Assembly: GCA_965261395.1 (NCBI GenBank)
Contig: OZ253462.1
Coordinates: 1,920,001-1,984,000, forward strand
Length of the DNA: 64,000 nucleotides
Origin: Candidatus Latescibacterota bacterium
GTDB lineage: Bacteria > Latescibacterota > UBA2968 > UBA8231
Direction: 5' to 3'
Positions 18,451-30,612 of the stretch are shown one piece after another; position 1 is the first letter of the stretch; each line of letters opens with the position of its first letter. Made by a program: the position numbers and the translations under genes. The notes below the pieces were generated by a model that ran no database searches, was not told where the DNA came from, and worked only from the letters and a program-made list of their open reading frames with translations.

Positions 18451-19539
18451 CTAGTCTTGCAGCCCCAATTCGGGCCGCTCAATCAAGGACCGCAGGCGGT
18501 CGAGGAAACGGGCCGCCGCGCCGTTTTCGAGCAGTCGGCTCTCAACCGTCAGGCTTAAAGCGATCAACGCTCGTGGCACCACTCGGCCCTCGCGCACGGC
18601 CGGGCGCTCGGCAATGCGCCCCAGTCCCAAGGTCGCGTGGTAGGGTGGACGGAGGATCGGGGTAAAGGCGTCGATGCCGTACATGCCGAAGTTGGCGATG
18701 GCAAAGGTGCCACCCTGCGTGGCCTCCGGCTTCAAGACACGCCGCCGCACCTGAAGCGCTAGGGAGCGCGCCGCGGCCGCGAGTTCGGCCCAGCTCTTGG
18801 TATGCGCGTCGCGGATAACCGGAGTCACCAAATCTTCGCCCGTATCTACGGCGAGGCTGAGATGGACGGCCTCAGTCTCTGCGGCATTCAACTGAGGATG
18901 CTCGGCCAAGGCGACGACCACCAGCTTGGCAATCAGATGGTGATAGGCAGGTGCCGGTGCACCCTCCGCCTTGAGCAGCGGGCGCAACGTCACCAACTCG
19001 GTGGCGTCTGCTTCGGTAGTCAGGATCGCGGGGGCCGCTTGGCCACTGCGGACGGCAGCCGCGCGGACATCGCGCTCGACGATCCGGCCCGTGCGGCCGC
19101 TGCCGGTGAGCGCGCGCCATTCCACCCCGAGCGCCGAGGCCACGCGCCGGGCGCGTGGGCTGATGGTCGGCTCTCCGGAACGGGCCGGCGCAGGGGTTGG
19201 GGCCGGCTCTGGCTTTGCTACGGGCGCGGGTTCCGCAGGCGTTGGCACCGATTCTACTGAGGGAGTTGAGGCTGGTGCGGTCGGCATTTCCTCGCCGGGC
19301 TGCAACAGATAACCCAACAGGGTACCCACCGGCACGGTATCGCCGGGTTGGGGCGCGTCCGGGGGAATGCACAGGATGCCACCGGAGAAGGTCTCGATCT
19401 CGTTGAGGGCCTTGTCGCTTTCCACCGTAAAGAGGATTTCGCCCGCCTCGACTGTGTCGCCATCGGCTTTGAGCCACTCGACGAGGGTGCCCTCCTCCAT
19501 GGTCCACCCCAAGCGGGGCATTGCGATTGCCTCGGCCAT
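18451..19539 (-). CDS. 2-oxoacid dehydrogenase E2-like protein (lipoyl + PSBD + degenerate catalytic domain)
   Basis: VESDKA lipoyl Lys; ISPRARRVA...GSGRTGRI PSBD; DHRxxDG replaced by ESRLLENG. Confidence 0.85.
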   Translation of the reverse strand: MAEAIAMPRLGWTMEEGTLVEWLKADGDTVEAGEILFTVESDKALNEIETFSGGILCIPPDAPQPGDTVPVGTLLGYLLQPGEEMPTAPASTPSVESVPTPAEPAPVAKPEPAPTPAPARSGEPTISPRARRVASALGVEWRALTGSGRTGRIVERDVRAAAVRSGQAAPAILTTEADATELVTLRPLLKAEGAPAPAYHHLIAKLVVVALAEHPQLNAAETEAVHLSLAVDTGEDLVTPVIRDAHTKSWAELAAAARSLALQVRRRVLKPEATQGGTFAIANFGMYGIDAFTPILRPPYHATLGLGRIAERPAVREGRVVPRALIALSLTVESRLLENGAAARFLDRLRSLIERPELGLQD

Positions 19540-19548
19540 GACTTGCTC

Positions 19549-20526
19549 TTACTCGGCCATCAAGTCGCGGATGGCCCGTTCGATGTCCTTCCTGTTGGGC
19601 GCGACCACGGCCTCTAAAGGTGCGCTGTACGGCGTGGGCACGTGCGCGCCGTTGAGGCGGCGCACCGGCGCGTCGAGGTCGTCGAAGGCCCGGTCAACCA
19701 CTGCGGCGGCGATTTCTGCGCCCATGCCGCAGGGGGCAAAGGTCTCATCGACGATCAGCAGGCGGCCCGTCCGGTGTACGGATTCGAGCACAGTGTCGAT
19801 GTCGAGGGGGGACGTAGTGCGGGGGTCGATGACTTCGACCGAAATGCCCTCGCCGGACAGGGCCTCGGCGACTTGGAGCGTCTCGGGCACCATGGTCGTC
19901 AAAGCCACGACGGTCAGGTGCTCTCCGCGGCGGCAGACAGCGGCTTGGCCAAAGGGGATACAGTACTCCTCTTCCGGAACTTCGCCACGGCTGTTGAGCA
20001 AGGACTTGTGTTCGAGGAAGAGCACTGGGTCGTCGCCGCGCAGGGCCGTCTTGAGCAGGCCCTTGGCGTCGTACGGATTGGACGGCACCGCGACCTTGAA
20101 GCCGGGCAGATGCGTAAAGATCGGATAGTAATTGCCCGAGTGATGGGTGGCAGCCGCACCGCCGACGCCAATGCAGCCGCGCAGGACGATGGGCATTTTC
20201 AGGCGACCGCTGCTCATGTACTGCATCTTGGCGATCTGGTTGATCAGTTCGCCGAACGCATCGAGGATAAAGTCCAAGAACATGAAATCCACGACGGGCC
20301 GCGTACCGGTCATGGCCGCGCCAGCGCACAGACCGACGAAGCCGCGTTCGCATATTGGGGTGTCGCGCAGGCGCTCCGGGCCGTACAGGTCGAAGAGGCC
20401 GACGGTGGTGTTGAAGTTGCCGCCGCGCGGACCAACGCCCTCGCCAACGACGAAAATGGTCTCGTCGCGCGCCATCTCCTCGGCTAGGGCTTGGCGCGCC
20501 GCTTCTACATACGTGAGTTCGGGCAT
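19549..20526 (-). CDS. 2-oxoacid/acetoin dehydrogenase E1 beta
   Basis: DTPICE, PYDAKGLL, PVLFLEHK, EVIDPRT. Confidence 0.93.
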   Translation of the reverse strand: MPELTYVEAARQALAEEMARDETIFVVGEGVGPRGGNFNTTVGLFDLYGPERLRDTPICERGFVGLCAGAAMTGTRPVVDFMFLDFILDAFGELINQIAKMQYMSSGRLKMPIVLRGCIGVGGAAATHHSGNYYPIFTHLPGFKVAVPSNPYDAKGLLKTALRGDDPVLFLEHKSLLNSRGEVPEEEYCIPFGQAAVCRRGEHLTVVALTTMVPETLQVAEALSGEGISVEVIDPRTTSPLDIDTVLESVHRTGRLLIVDETFAPCGMGAEIAAAVVDRAFDDLDAPVRRLNGAHVPTPYSAPLEAVVAPNRKDIERAIRDLMAE

Positions 20527-21524
20527 TACGCGCCGCCCCTTTGGCTAAAGACGTGGTCGGCCACGGTGGCCGGGTCGGGCCACGGGCTGTCGTGAGCAAA
20601 TTGCAGGGCCTCGGCGATTAGTGCGGTGACATCCGCGGTGATCGCGTCGAGTTCTTCTTGGCGGGCGTGGCCTACATCTAGCAGCCTCTGGGCAAAGGCC
20701 GGGATGGGATCGCGCTCTTTCCACTCGTCGATTTCTTCGGTGGAGCGATAGCCCCCGTCGCGCATTCCCTCGGCGTGTGGCCGGGTGCGGTAGGTCTTGC
20801 ACTCAAGGAGGGTCGGGCCGCCGCCTTGGCGCGCGCGCGTTAACGCTTCGTCGGCCGCCGCGTACACCGCAGCCACGTCATTGCCGTCGACAGCAATGCC
20901 GGGCAGTCCGTAGGCTGCGGCGCGGTTGGCCACCTGCGGATTGCGGGTGGTATCGACAAAGGCCACTTCCGTGGCGTAGAGGTTGTTTTCGCAGACGAAG
21001 AGCGCTGGCAACTGCCAGTTGGTCGCCAGGTTGATGCCCTCGTGGAAGGCTCCGTTGGCTACCGCCCCGTCGCCAAAGAAGGCCACGCCGACCTTGGGGA
21101 CGCCCAAGAGTTTAAAGGAGTAGCCAGCACCGGCGGCTTGGAGGATGCAGGGACCGACGATGCCGCTGGTGCCCATCATCCCCACTTGCGGCGAGAAAAG
21201 GTGCATAGAGCCGCCGCGCCCCTGCGAGCAGCCCGTGGCTTTGCCGAAAAGTTCGGCGATCAGCTCCTTGGGGGGGACGCCTTTGGCGAGGGCATGGCCG
21301 TGGCCGCGATGGGTGCTAAAAACCGCATCGTCGTCGTTGAGGTGAGCGCAAACGCCGGTGGCGATGGCTTCCTCGCCGACGTAGGTATGGCAAGCACCGG
21401 GAATCAAGCCGGCTTGGTAGGAACGAGCGAGCTGTTCTTCGCAGCGGCGGATGACCAGCATCTGGCGATAGAGCGCCAGACAGGTATCCTTGTCGGGCAG
21501 AACTGCTTCGGTTGAGGTAGGCAT
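20526..21524 (-). CDS. 2-oxoacid/acetoin dehydrogenase E1 alpha (TPP-dependent)
   Basis: STHRGHGH, GRGGSMH, FFGDGA...ENN TPP motif. Confidence 0.93.
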   Translation of the reverse strand: MPTSTEAVLPDKDTCLALYRQMLVIRRCEEQLARSYQAGLIPGACHTYVGEEAIATGVCAHLNDDDAVFSTHRGHGHALAKGVPPKELIAELFGKATGCSQGRGGSMHLFSPQVGMMGTSGIVGPCILQAAGAGYSFKLLGVPKVGVAFFGDGAVANGAFHEGINLATNWQLPALFVCENNLYATEVAFVDTTRNPQVANRAAAYGLPGIAVDGNDVAAVYAAADEALTRARQGGGPTLLECKTYRTRPHAEGMRDGGYRSTEEIDEWKERDPIPAFAQRLLDVGHARQEELDAITADVTALIAEALQFAHDSPWPDPATVADHVFSQRGGA

Positions 21525-21625
21525 GGCGGCGAATATAGCGATTGTCCGCTGCCATGCCAAAGACATCCGTGGGATCTGTCGCTATAGTTCCCCATTGCGG
21601 GAGAAACGCCCGCGACCCAAGATCT

Positions 21626-22807
21626 CTACTGCGTTTCCCACACCGCCTTTTTGCGAAAGGCGTCGAGGTCCAAGTCGCCGCGGGCGTAGGCGTCAATAGC
21701 GGACTTGGGCACCTTGAGCAGTGCGCTGCGGGCGGAGAACGGGGAGCGATATTCGACGATGACGTGCTCATCGGCCTGGACTTGGTGGAGGGTCGCGCCG
21801 TAGTCGGCGACGGCTTCGACAATTTTGGCTTTGACGGTGGCGCGGGGCAAAGGGTTGGCAATGCGCATCGGGTCACTCATAAAAAATAGGGCACCTACGT
21901 CCGGCTGATACATCCCCAAAGTGCGTTGGATGCGTGACCAGGGAGGATACGAGCCGTGCCTAAAGACTTGGTCGAGGATGCCAGCCATGATGTCGATTTT
22001 CCTCAAGTCCTTGTACTCGGCAAAGGCGATGCGCTGGCGGAAGGTAACCGAATCGATCCGCCCCTCGCGAAAGGCGTCAATAGCAGATTTTTTGACGGTG
22101 GCCGCGATTGCAGCGGAGTGTACGTTATAGAAGCGGACGTGAACTTTGACTGGAGAATCTGCTTCTCCGACTGCCTCCGCTAGCGACTTGTCGATTTGGC
22201 CCCCCGCTACCAGCTTCTCTAGGGACTCCTGTAGGTACTCCCGCGCTTTAGCTATCGTTGGGATTTGCTCGTCGTCAATTGAGAAATGGAACTCGAAACG
22301 GGACTTCTTTAAAGAGTCAGGGACAGCCACGACTAATTCTTTAAAATCGAAGCGGCTCCCCCTAAGTTCAGGTATCGCTTCGACTTGCTTGGGAAGGTCG
22401 AAAGACACGGTATCTGCGACGGCGGGACGTGGGGGCCACTTAGGCTGATAGCAGACCGTTATCCGGTCGTCTTGGTCGAGTTGGCTGATAGTGCCGCCGT
22501 AGTCGCCCAGAAATTCGGCGAGCAGGTCGTGGATTGCAGCCAGCAATTCCCCCTGCGATAGCGATTTGTCCCATCTCTCCGCCCCAGGTGCTAGCCGAGC
22601 CGCCACAAAGAGCACCCCATAGCCGTCGAGATACAGGCCACGGGCACGGAAGTTAGCACCATCAGGCACGTCGTAATACAGGTTCTCGTTGGAGAGCACC
22701 CCCTCCATGATGCGGATGTCGCGCTGCATGCGCTGGGGATTGACGTCGGCGAGGCTGGTAGTGGCCATGAAGCCAGCGACTAGGATGGCGCGGTAGAGCG
22801 TGGTCAT
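21626..22807 (-). CDS. Exported hypothetical protein of the ECF operon
   Basis: Signal peptide; internal pseudo-repeat (GLYLDGYGVLF / GMYQPDVGALF; KSAIDAF / KSAIDAY). Confidence 0.7.
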   Translation of the reverse strand: MTTLYRAILVAGFMATTSLADVNPQRMQRDIRIMEGVLSNENLYYDVPDGANFRARGLYLDGYGVLFVAARLAPGAERWDKSLSQGELLAAIHDLLAEFLGDYGGTISQLDQDDRITVCYQPKWPPRPAVADTVSFDLPKQVEAIPELRGSRFDFKELVVAVPDSLKKSRFEFHFSIDDEQIPTIAKAREYLQESLEKLVAGGQIDKSLAEAVGEADSPVKVHVRFYNVHSAAIAATVKKSAIDAFREGRIDSVTFRQRIAFAEYKDLRKIDIMAGILDQVFRHGSYPPWSRIQRTLGMYQPDVGALFFMSDPMRIANPLPRATVKAKIVEAVADYGATLHQVQADEHVIVEYRSPFSARSALLKVPKSAIDAYARGDLDLDAFRKKAVWETQ

Positions 22808-22816
22808 GGCAATCTC

Positions 22817-23425
22817 CTATGGGTTGGTATAGCGCGCTGCCGGCAGCACTTCCAGCACGGGTGCTTCGTTGCGACGCAAGTGGATGTAGATCTCGCGGTC
22901 GAACTGTTCGAACTGGCGGTTGATGAGCTGCAAGTCTTGGTAGCGCTGGGCTTGGATCTCGGTCAGCAAATGGTCGAGGACTCTCTGCTGTCGCACCTCA
23001 GAAGCCCGCAGAAGCTGGTTCATTAACGCGAGGGTGCCCTCCTGTGTCGCCAGCACTTCCGCCCGCGTGGGGGTTCGTCCGCCAGCGCTTCCCCCCCACT
23101 TGAGGTCGAGTTCGCCGGCGCGGTAGCTGAGTTCAAACTCCGGCCACGCCAAAAAGAGAGCCAGCGCAACCACCGCTACAGCAGCTAAACCCGCCATCAG
23201 GCGGAAGCGCCGACGCGGCACCTCGGCCTCGACAAACGTCAAGTCGAGGCGCGGAGCCTCGTCCGGCCAAGCTCGGAGCAATGCCTGTGTGCTAGCGAGC
23301 GCGTCGAGTTCGCGGCGGCACGTCGCACAAGTGGCCACGTGCTCTTTAATGCGCTCCTGCTCGCCTTCCTCGCATTCGCCGTAAAAAAAGGTGAGCAAGT
23401 CTTCTTTTCTTACGTTACAGTCCAT
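22817..23425 (-). CDS. Zinc-finger (ZAS) membrane anti-sigma factor
   Basis: HVATCATC (HxxxCxxC), one TM helix, overlaps the sigma gene. Confidence 0.88.
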   Translation of the reverse strand: MDCNVRKEDLLTFFYGECEEGEQERIKEHVATCATCRRELDALASTQALLRAWPDEAPRLDLTFVEAEVPRRRFRLMAGLAAVAVVALALFLAWPEFELSYRAGELDLKWGGSAGGRTPTRAEVLATQEGTLALMNQLLRASEVRQQRVLDHLLTEIQAQRYQDLQLINRQFEQFDREIYIHLRRNEAPVLEVLPAARYTNP

Positions 23426-23972
23426 CTTCGTCAATGTCCCACTGGTTAAAGGTTTTTCGCAGGGCCTTAAGGCCGTAGTAAAGGCGCGATTTGACCGTGT
23501 TGATCGGGGCGTCGAGCACTTCGGCAATTTCCCGAAACTTCAGCCCCTCGTATTCCTTGAGCACCACGACGACGCGCTGTTCTTCGGGCAGGGTCTGCAA
23601 GGCGCGGTTGAGCAGATCGCGTAGCTCGTCCTTGTGCATATCGGCAGCTTGGCACAGTGCCGGATGGGGACCGCCGCTTGCTTCCTCATAGGCATCAAGC
23701 GAGACGTGCTGCGCTCGCTGGCGCAAATGGTCACGGCACAGATTGGCAGCGATCTGGTAGAGCCACGTAGAAAAGCGCTCGGGGTCGCGCAGTCGGTGCA
23801 ACTGGTCATAGGCGCGGATAAAGCTCTGCTGGCAGAGGTCTCGCGCTTCTTCGGAATCGCCGCTGTAGCGGAGCGCGAAGCGGTAGAGGCGGCCCTGCCA
23901 GCGCCAAACCAAGGCATTGAACGCTTGGTGCTGGCCGGCCTTGAAGCGCTGGATGAGATCGGCGTCGCTCAT
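23415..23972 (-). CDS. ECF RNA polymerase sigma factor
   Basis: ARDLCQQSF, FSTWLYQIAANLCRD, EIAEVLDAPINTVKSRL. Confidence 0.95.
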   Translation of the reverse strand: MSDADLIQRFKAGQHQAFNALVWRWQGRLYRFALRYSGDSEEARDLCQQSFIRAYDQLHRLRDPERFSTWLYQIAANLCRDHLRQRAQHVSLDAYEEASGGPHPALCQAADMHKDELRDLLNRALQTLPEEQRVVVVLKEYEGLKFREIAEVLDAPINTVKSRLYYGLKALRKTFNQWDIDEDGL

Positions 23973-24055
23973 ACCCCTCTAAGACGAGGGACGAGCACAA
24001 AAAGTTTTACGCGAGGAAGATGTTAGCGAAAAAAGTAGCGGAAAAATTAAGACCA

Positions 24056-25006
24056 CTAGCGCCCCAGCCGCGCCAGCACGTGTATCCCAATCGCGGCGGC
24101 GGCCTCGTCCCAGAAGGGGGCCAACTCGCGGGCGGTAGCCGAGCCGTGCTGTTCGCTACAGAAGGAGAACGGTTCCTCCATCAAGCGGACTTGAGATTCC
24201 CACTGCGTCACTTCGAGGGTGGTTTCAATACAGGGCTTGAGGTCGAGGTTGGAGCCAGCGAAGCGGAGCTCGGCGATTCCGACCCGAAGTTGGTAGTCGG
24301 GGATCACGAGAGCGTTAGACTCGCGTTCGCGCATGGCCCAGCGAATGGCGTCCAATTCGGGTAGCCGCCGGACCAGTGCCGGCACGAGAAATCGCTGGAC
24401 TTCGCGGACCTGTTCGCGCACGAAGGCTTCGTCCTCGGTGTCAAAGAACAGGAAAAGGGGATCAAGCGCGACCTCAAAGGGGGTGGTATGGCCGACGACC
24501 AAGAAGTGCAGGAGTGGATCCCCCTGCTCTTGAGGTGCGCTGCTGGCGACCGCCCATGCGAGGGCTCTGAGGATATAGGCGCGGCTCTGGAAGAAGGGCA
24601 CCTTGGCCTTGCGCGCCACCTTTTTGATCCTCTTTTCGAGTAGGATGTTGTTTTCGTTGGCGAGCACACTGCGGCTCTCCTGGGCCAAATAGGCGATTAG
24701 CTTGCCAGCGCGCTCGGGCGCGATGTCTGGCCCGCCCTGCAAAAGCAGCATTCCCCAAGCATCCGTCTCGGCTTTGCGCTGAGCCATTAGTGAGTCGAGC
24801 ATTCCCTGGAGCCGGGGGCGCAACTCTTCTACGGGGACGCCACTTCCTTGCACGATCCTATTTAGGAGGTCCTGCGAATAGCTGGCCTGTTGTGCGAGTT
24901 GCTCTTGCAGGGTGGCGTAGAGTGTGCGACGCAGCGCTGCGTCGCCTTGGTCCGCTAGAGCCAAACCAGCGGTGGGCAGCAAGAAAGCAATGGCTAAGGC
25001 AATCAT
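24056..25006 (-). CDS. Exported hypothetical protein
   Basis: 316-aa ORF with signal peptide, overlapping the GNAT stop. Confidence 0.65.
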   Translation of the reverse strand: MIALAIAFLLPTAGLALADQGDAALRRTLYATLQEQLAQQASYSQDLLNRIVQGSGVPVEELRPRLQGMLDSLMAQRKAETDAWGMLLLQGGPDIAPERAGKLIAYLAQESRSVLANENNILLEKRIKKVARKAKVPFFQSRAYILRALAWAVASSAPQEQGDPLLHFLVVGHTTPFEVALDPLFLFFDTEDEAFVREQVREVQRFLVPALVRRLPELDAIRWAMRERESNALVIPDYQLRVGIAELRFAGSNLDLKPCIETTLEVTQWESQVRLMEEPFSFCSEQHGSATARELAPFWDEAAAAIGIHVLARLGR

Positions 25007-25569
25007 AGGTCAATCCAGTAGCGCAACTTCTCAACGCGCCGCGCCGGTTTGCGGCCCTCGGCGCGAAATGTTTGGCTGGGCATGGCCATCGCGCTCTCGA
25101 ATTGGCCGCCGTTGTGCTCGATGATCTTGCGCGAGCCAATGTTGTCCGAGTCACAGGTGACCAGCACGCGGCGCAGCCCAATCTCCCGCGATACTACCAG
25201 CGTCAGGGCGAGGATGGCCTTGCCGTAGCCGCGGCACCGCCGAGAGGGTCGGATGCTGTAGCCAATGTGCCCTCCGTAGGTGAGCAAATACGGGGTGCAA
25301 AGCTCGGGCCTTATGGAGGTTTGGCCGATGTACTCGCCATCGTGTACGAGCCAGAGCACTCGGTCCGGGTACGGCACCCGCGAACCCGTCGCATCGGCGA
25401 GGGCCTTGAGGTCGCGCACGAATTGCGGGAATTGGTCGGCGAGGGCGTCGCTGTCGTAGCCGAGGGATCGGGCGTACGTCGAGTCGAAACGGCCTTCAGC
25501 TAAGAACTCGGCCGCGCCCTCCAGGAAGCTATCCCGGTACAGGACGGAGGGGGTGGCGAGGGATTGCAT
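25003..25569 (-). CDS. GNAT family acetyltransferase
   Basis: GGHIGYSIRPSRRCRGYG, VLVTCDSDNIGSRKIIEHNGG. Confidence 0.9.
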   Translation of the reverse strand: MQSLATPSVLYRDSFLEGAAEFLAEGRFDSTYARSLGYDSDALADQFPQFVRDLKALADATGSRVPYPDRVLWLVHDGEYIGQTSIRPELCTPYLLTYGGHIGYSIRPSRRCRGYGKAILALTLVVSREIGLRRVLVTCDSDNIGSRKIIEHNGGQFESAMAMPSQTFRAEGRKPARRVEKLRYWIDL

Positions 25570-25800
25570 GATAGGTTGGATATAACATGGCTGGGCAGGA
25601 TTGCTTGGGGTGGGGCAAGGTAGGGAGTGGAGGTACGACCGTCAACTTAGCGGGACGCGCTTGCCGATTCGCAGGTGTGTATCTTAATTGGCTAATAGCT
25701 AAATCACCCCTCCCTTGGGAGCAGTCGGCGCATCAACCGCGACCGGTGGAGGCCGTATCTAAAGTGTATAACATGGCTTATCGACAGCGGAACTAAAACC

Positions 25801-27378
25801 ATGAGCAAAATCATCCAGCTCGACGAGATCTCAGTCGACGAGATTCTCCGCAACATGACGCCGGCCAGGCTCTACGAAGAAGCGCTGCGCCACGAGCGCG
25901 GCTCCATCATTTCCGACCAAGGCGCCCTCGTGGTTTCCTCGGGCAACAAGACCGGGCGCAGCCCCAGCGACAAGCGCATCGTCTTCGACCCACAGAGCAG
26001 CGCGGACATCTGGTGGGGGGCGGTCAACATCAAGCTCCAAAAGCACACCTTTATGATCAACCTAGCGCGCGCCATCGACTATCTCAACACCTGCGAGCGA
26101 TTGTACGTAGTCGATGGATTCGCCGGCTGGGATCCCCAATATCGGCTCAAAATTCGCGTGCTTTGCTCCCGCGCATACCACGCGCTCTTCATGCACAACA
26201 TGCTCATCCGCCCGTCCGAGGCCGAGCTGGCCCAATTCGAGACGCCGGATTTTACCATCTACAATGCCGGCCGCTTTCCGGCCAACCGCTACACCCCGGA
26301 GATGACCTCCTCGACCAGTATCGACCTGAGCTTCGAGCGCCGGGAAATGGTGATTTTGGGAACCGAGTACGCGGGCGAAATGAAAAAGGGCGTGTTCACG
26401 GTAATGAACTTCCTCATGCCCAGAGCCGGCCTGCTGCCCATGCACTGTTCGGCCAATGCGGGAACTAGCGGCGACACCGCGTTGTTCTTTGGCTTGTCGG
26501 GCACGGGTAAGACCACGCTCTCGACCAATCCGCAGCGGCGGTTGATCGGCGACGACGAGCACGTCTGGAGCGCGGAGGGAATTTTCAATATCGAGGGCGG
26601 CTGCTACGCCAAGTGCATCGACTTGACCCCGGAGCAAGAGCCTGAGATTTTTCGCGCCATCCGCTTTGGCACGGTCTTGGAAAACGTCGTCTGCGACGAG
26701 GAGAGCCGCCGAGTCGATTACGCCGACGGCACGGTCACCGAAAACACTCGCGCGGCCTATCCCATCGACTACATCCCCAACGCGGCGATCCCCTGCACAG
26801 GTGGCCATCCTCGCGACATTGTCTTCCTCACCTGCGATGCCTTCGGCGTGCTGCCGCCGGTCAGCCGCCTGACGCCCGACCAAGCCATGTACCACTTCAT
26901 GAGCGGGTACACGGCTAAAGTCGCCGGCACCGAGATGGGTGTCACCGAACCAGAGGTCACGTTTTCGGCCTGTTTTGGCGCGGCCTTCATGGTCTGTCAT
27001 CCGAACAAGTACGCCGCCCTGTTGGCCGACAAGATCCGCACCCACAACGCGCAGGTCTGGCTGGTCAACACGGGCTGGACGGGCGGGCCGTACGGGGTGG
27101 GTACGCGCCTCTCGCTCCAGCACACCCGGGCGATTATCAGCGCGATTCACGCCGGAGCCCTCGCCGACGCGCCCACAGAGCCGGACCCGCGCTTCGGTTT
27201 TGACGTGGTGTGCGCGTGTCCAGACGTGCCCAGCGCGCTGATGGTGCCGCGGCAGACTTGGGCCGACGGATCAGCTTATGACGAGCGCGCTGGTCAACTC
27301 GCCGAGCTATTCAAGGCCAACTTCGCCGCTTTTGAGGACGGGGCTTCAGCGTCCGTAAAGCGGGCCGGGCCGGCGTGA
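25801..27378 (+). CDS. pckA: PEP carboxykinase (ATP)
   Basis: [40 protein letters not shown]. Confidence 0.97.
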   Translation: MSKIIQLDEISVDEILRNMTPARLYEEALRHERGSIISDQGALVVSSGNKTGRSPSDKRIVFDPQSSADIWWGAVNIKLQKHTFMINLARAIDYLNTCERLYVVDGFAGWDPQYRLKIRVLCSRAYHALFMHNMLIRPSEAELAQFETPDFTIYNAGRFPANRYTPEMTSSTSIDLSFERREMVILGTEYAGEMKKGVFTVMNFLMPRAGLLPMHCSANAGTSGDTALFFGLSGTGKTTLSTNPQRRLIGDDEHVWSAEGIFNIEGGCYAKCIDLTPEQEPEIFRAIRFGTVLENVVCDEESRRVDYADGTVTENTRAAYPIDYIPNAAIPCTGGHPRDIVFLTCDAFGVLPPVSRLTPDQAMYHFMSGYTAKVAGTEMGVTEPEVTFSACFGAAFMVCHPNKYAALLADKIRTHNAQVWLVNTGWTGGPYGVGTRLSLQHTRAIISAIHAGALADAPTEPDPRFGFDVVCACPDVPSALMVPRQTWADGSAYDERAGQLAELFKANFAAFEDGASASVKRAGPA

Positions 27379-27425
27379 GAATTTGCCACCCAACAAAACC
27401 TTTCATCACCCATAAGGAGGAATCA

Positions 27426-28748
<1,323 letters not shown>

Positions 28749-28758
28749 GTGGCACCCC

Positions 28759-29811
28759 ATGAACGTCGCCGTCCTGCTCTCCGGTGGGGTCGATAGCTCC
28801 GTGGCCTTGGCGCTTTTGAGCCGCCAAAAGGGTCTCGCGCTCAAAGCCTACTATCTCAAGATATGGCTCGAAGAGGAGCTGTCCTTCTTGGGGGATTGCC
28901 CTTGGGAGACGGACTTGGCCTATGCACGTGCGACCTGCGAGCGGCTGGGGGTGCCGCTTGAGATCGTGCCGCTGCAAAGCGAGTACCGGGCGCAGATCGT
29001 CGAGCACGCTCTCACCGAATTGCGCCGGGGACGCACGCCTAGCCCGGACATCTTTTGCAATCAGCGCATCAAGTTCGGGGCCTTTTATCAACGGGTGGCC
29101 GGTGAGTGCGACCAAATTGCTTCGGGGCACTACGCTCGCGTCGAGGAGGACGCGGGCGGCTATCGGCTCCGCCGCGCCCCTGACCCGGTCAAGGACCAGA
29201 CCTATTTCCTCTCTAACCTGAGTCAGGCGCAACTGGCCCACATCCGCTTCCCCATCGGCCACCTGCACAAAGACCAAGTGCGCGCCCACGCCGCTGAATT
29301 CGACCTGCCGGCCAAGAACCGCCCCGACAGCCAAGGCATGTGCTTTTTGGGCAAGATCAACTACCGGGACTTCGTCCGCTTCCACTTGGGAGAGGCTCGC
29401 GGCGACATCGTCGAGCAGGCGAGCGGGCAAAAGAAGGGCGAGCACCCCGGCTATTGGTTCTATACCATCGGCCAGCGGCACGGCCTGCAACTCGGCGGCG
29501 GCCCCTGGTATGTGATCGACAAAGACATCGCCAACAACATCGTGTACATCGCCCACGGCAGCGCGCCGACGCGAGCCGGACGCCGCGAGCTAATCGCCGA
29601 ACAAATCCATTGGATTGCCGGAGCACCGGAGCAGGCCGTGCTCCAAGTCAAGCTGCGGCATGGGCCGGCCCTGACTCCTTGTCAGGTGCAGATGCTCGCG
29701 CCAGATCGCGCCCACGTTGCCTTATCCACGCCCGACCCCGGCATTGCTCCAGGCCAGCACGCAGTGTTCTACGACGGTGACGTTTGCCTCGGCGGTGGTG
29801 TCATTGCCTAG
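28759..29811 (+). CDS. mnmA: tRNA 2-thiouridylase
   Basis: SGGVDS, PDIFCNQRIKFG, KDQTYFL, DSQGMCF, PGQHAVFY. Confidence 0.96.
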   Translation: MNVAVLLSGGVDSSVALALLSRQKGLALKAYYLKIWLEEELSFLGDCPWETDLAYARATCERLGVPLEIVPLQSEYRAQIVEHALTELRRGRTPSPDIFCNQRIKFGAFYQRVAGECDQIASGHYARVEEDAGGYRLRRAPDPVKDQTYFLSNLSQAQLAHIRFPIGHLHKDQVRAHAAEFDLPAKNRPDSQGMCFLGKINYRDFVRFHLGEARGDIVEQASGQKKGEHPGYWFYTIGQRHGLQLGGGPWYVIDKDIANNIVYIAHGSAPTRAGRRELIAEQIHWIAGAPEQAVLQVKLRHGPALTPCQVQMLAPDRAHVALSTPDPGIAPGQHAVFYDGDVCLGGGVIA

Positions 29812-30157
29812 CCTAGCAGCCCTATAAACGTCCTCTCGCAACCGTACGTGTCTCCGCCCGCACTATGGCGCATTATTATTTTCTTGATGCGCGTCTGATA
29901 ATACCGTATCTCTCTACAGTATCCAGCAGAATTATGGGTGCGGCGCTGAATGGTTCAGCTATTCTTGTACCGAGTTGACCAAGCTGCACCAAGCTACAGA
30001 TTCGATCCCGGCGAAGCGGCATATCTGCATATTCGATTTTTTCCGAGACAGTTTTTCTCCATTGGCGGTGTGGTTCCTGCGGCCGCGTTATATCTTCGGT
30101 GATCGTCACGGGAGGTTGAGGGCGCTGGTCGCTATCAACTTACTCTAGGAGGGAGAA

Positions 30158-30490
30158 ATGGCACTCAGAATTATCGTTGGCCTGACGGCTCTTGTGGCCA
30201 TCATTCAGGGCTTGGCAGGGGACCCGATCGCAGGGGGCATCCTGACGCTCGCGCTAGTCGTCCTAGGCCTAGTGTACGGGGCGATAGCGATTGATGCCGA
30301 GGACGCGACAGCCTACTTGGCAGTCACAATTGCGGTCGGCGCTGCCGCAAGTGCGAACGTGCTGGACCAGGATATTCTCGACATGATAGGCGATCGCCTA
30401 GACGCCATCGTCGATCAGGCCAGCATCGCTCTATACGCCGGCGCTATAACCATACTCATCAGGAGGACAATCAACCGGCTCAAGGGTTAA
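30158..30490 (+). CDS. Small 4-TM membrane protein
   Basis: Hydrophobic 110-aa ORF with GGAGGGAG RBS. Confidence 0.7.
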   Translation: MALRIIVGLTALVAIIQGLAGDPIAGGILTLALVVLGLVYGAIAIDAEDATAYLAVTIAVGAAASANVLDQDILDMIGDRLDAIVDQASIALYAGAITILIRRTINRLKG

Positions 30491-30554
30491 AAACAGGCGG
30501 ATGAGCGGCTGCAAGCGCAAGTCCGCCTCGATACCCGACCAGCCATGCATGACG

Positions 30555-30586
30555 CGCGTTGCATCTGCGAGAGTGGGTGCAACGCG
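30555..30586. terminator. Hairpin between convergent genes
   Basis: CGCGTTGCA...TGCAACGCG; no U-tract. Confidence 0.4.
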
Positions 30587-30612
30587 GTGTCGCTTGGTGT
30601 GCTTCTGCGATC

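Noticed and set aside
25570-25800. SAH/SAM riboswitch upstream of pckA-ahcY
   Set aside because: I could not find the conserved SAH (GAGGAGCG...CAGGCTC) or SAM-I core motifs; an Infernal scan would be needed.
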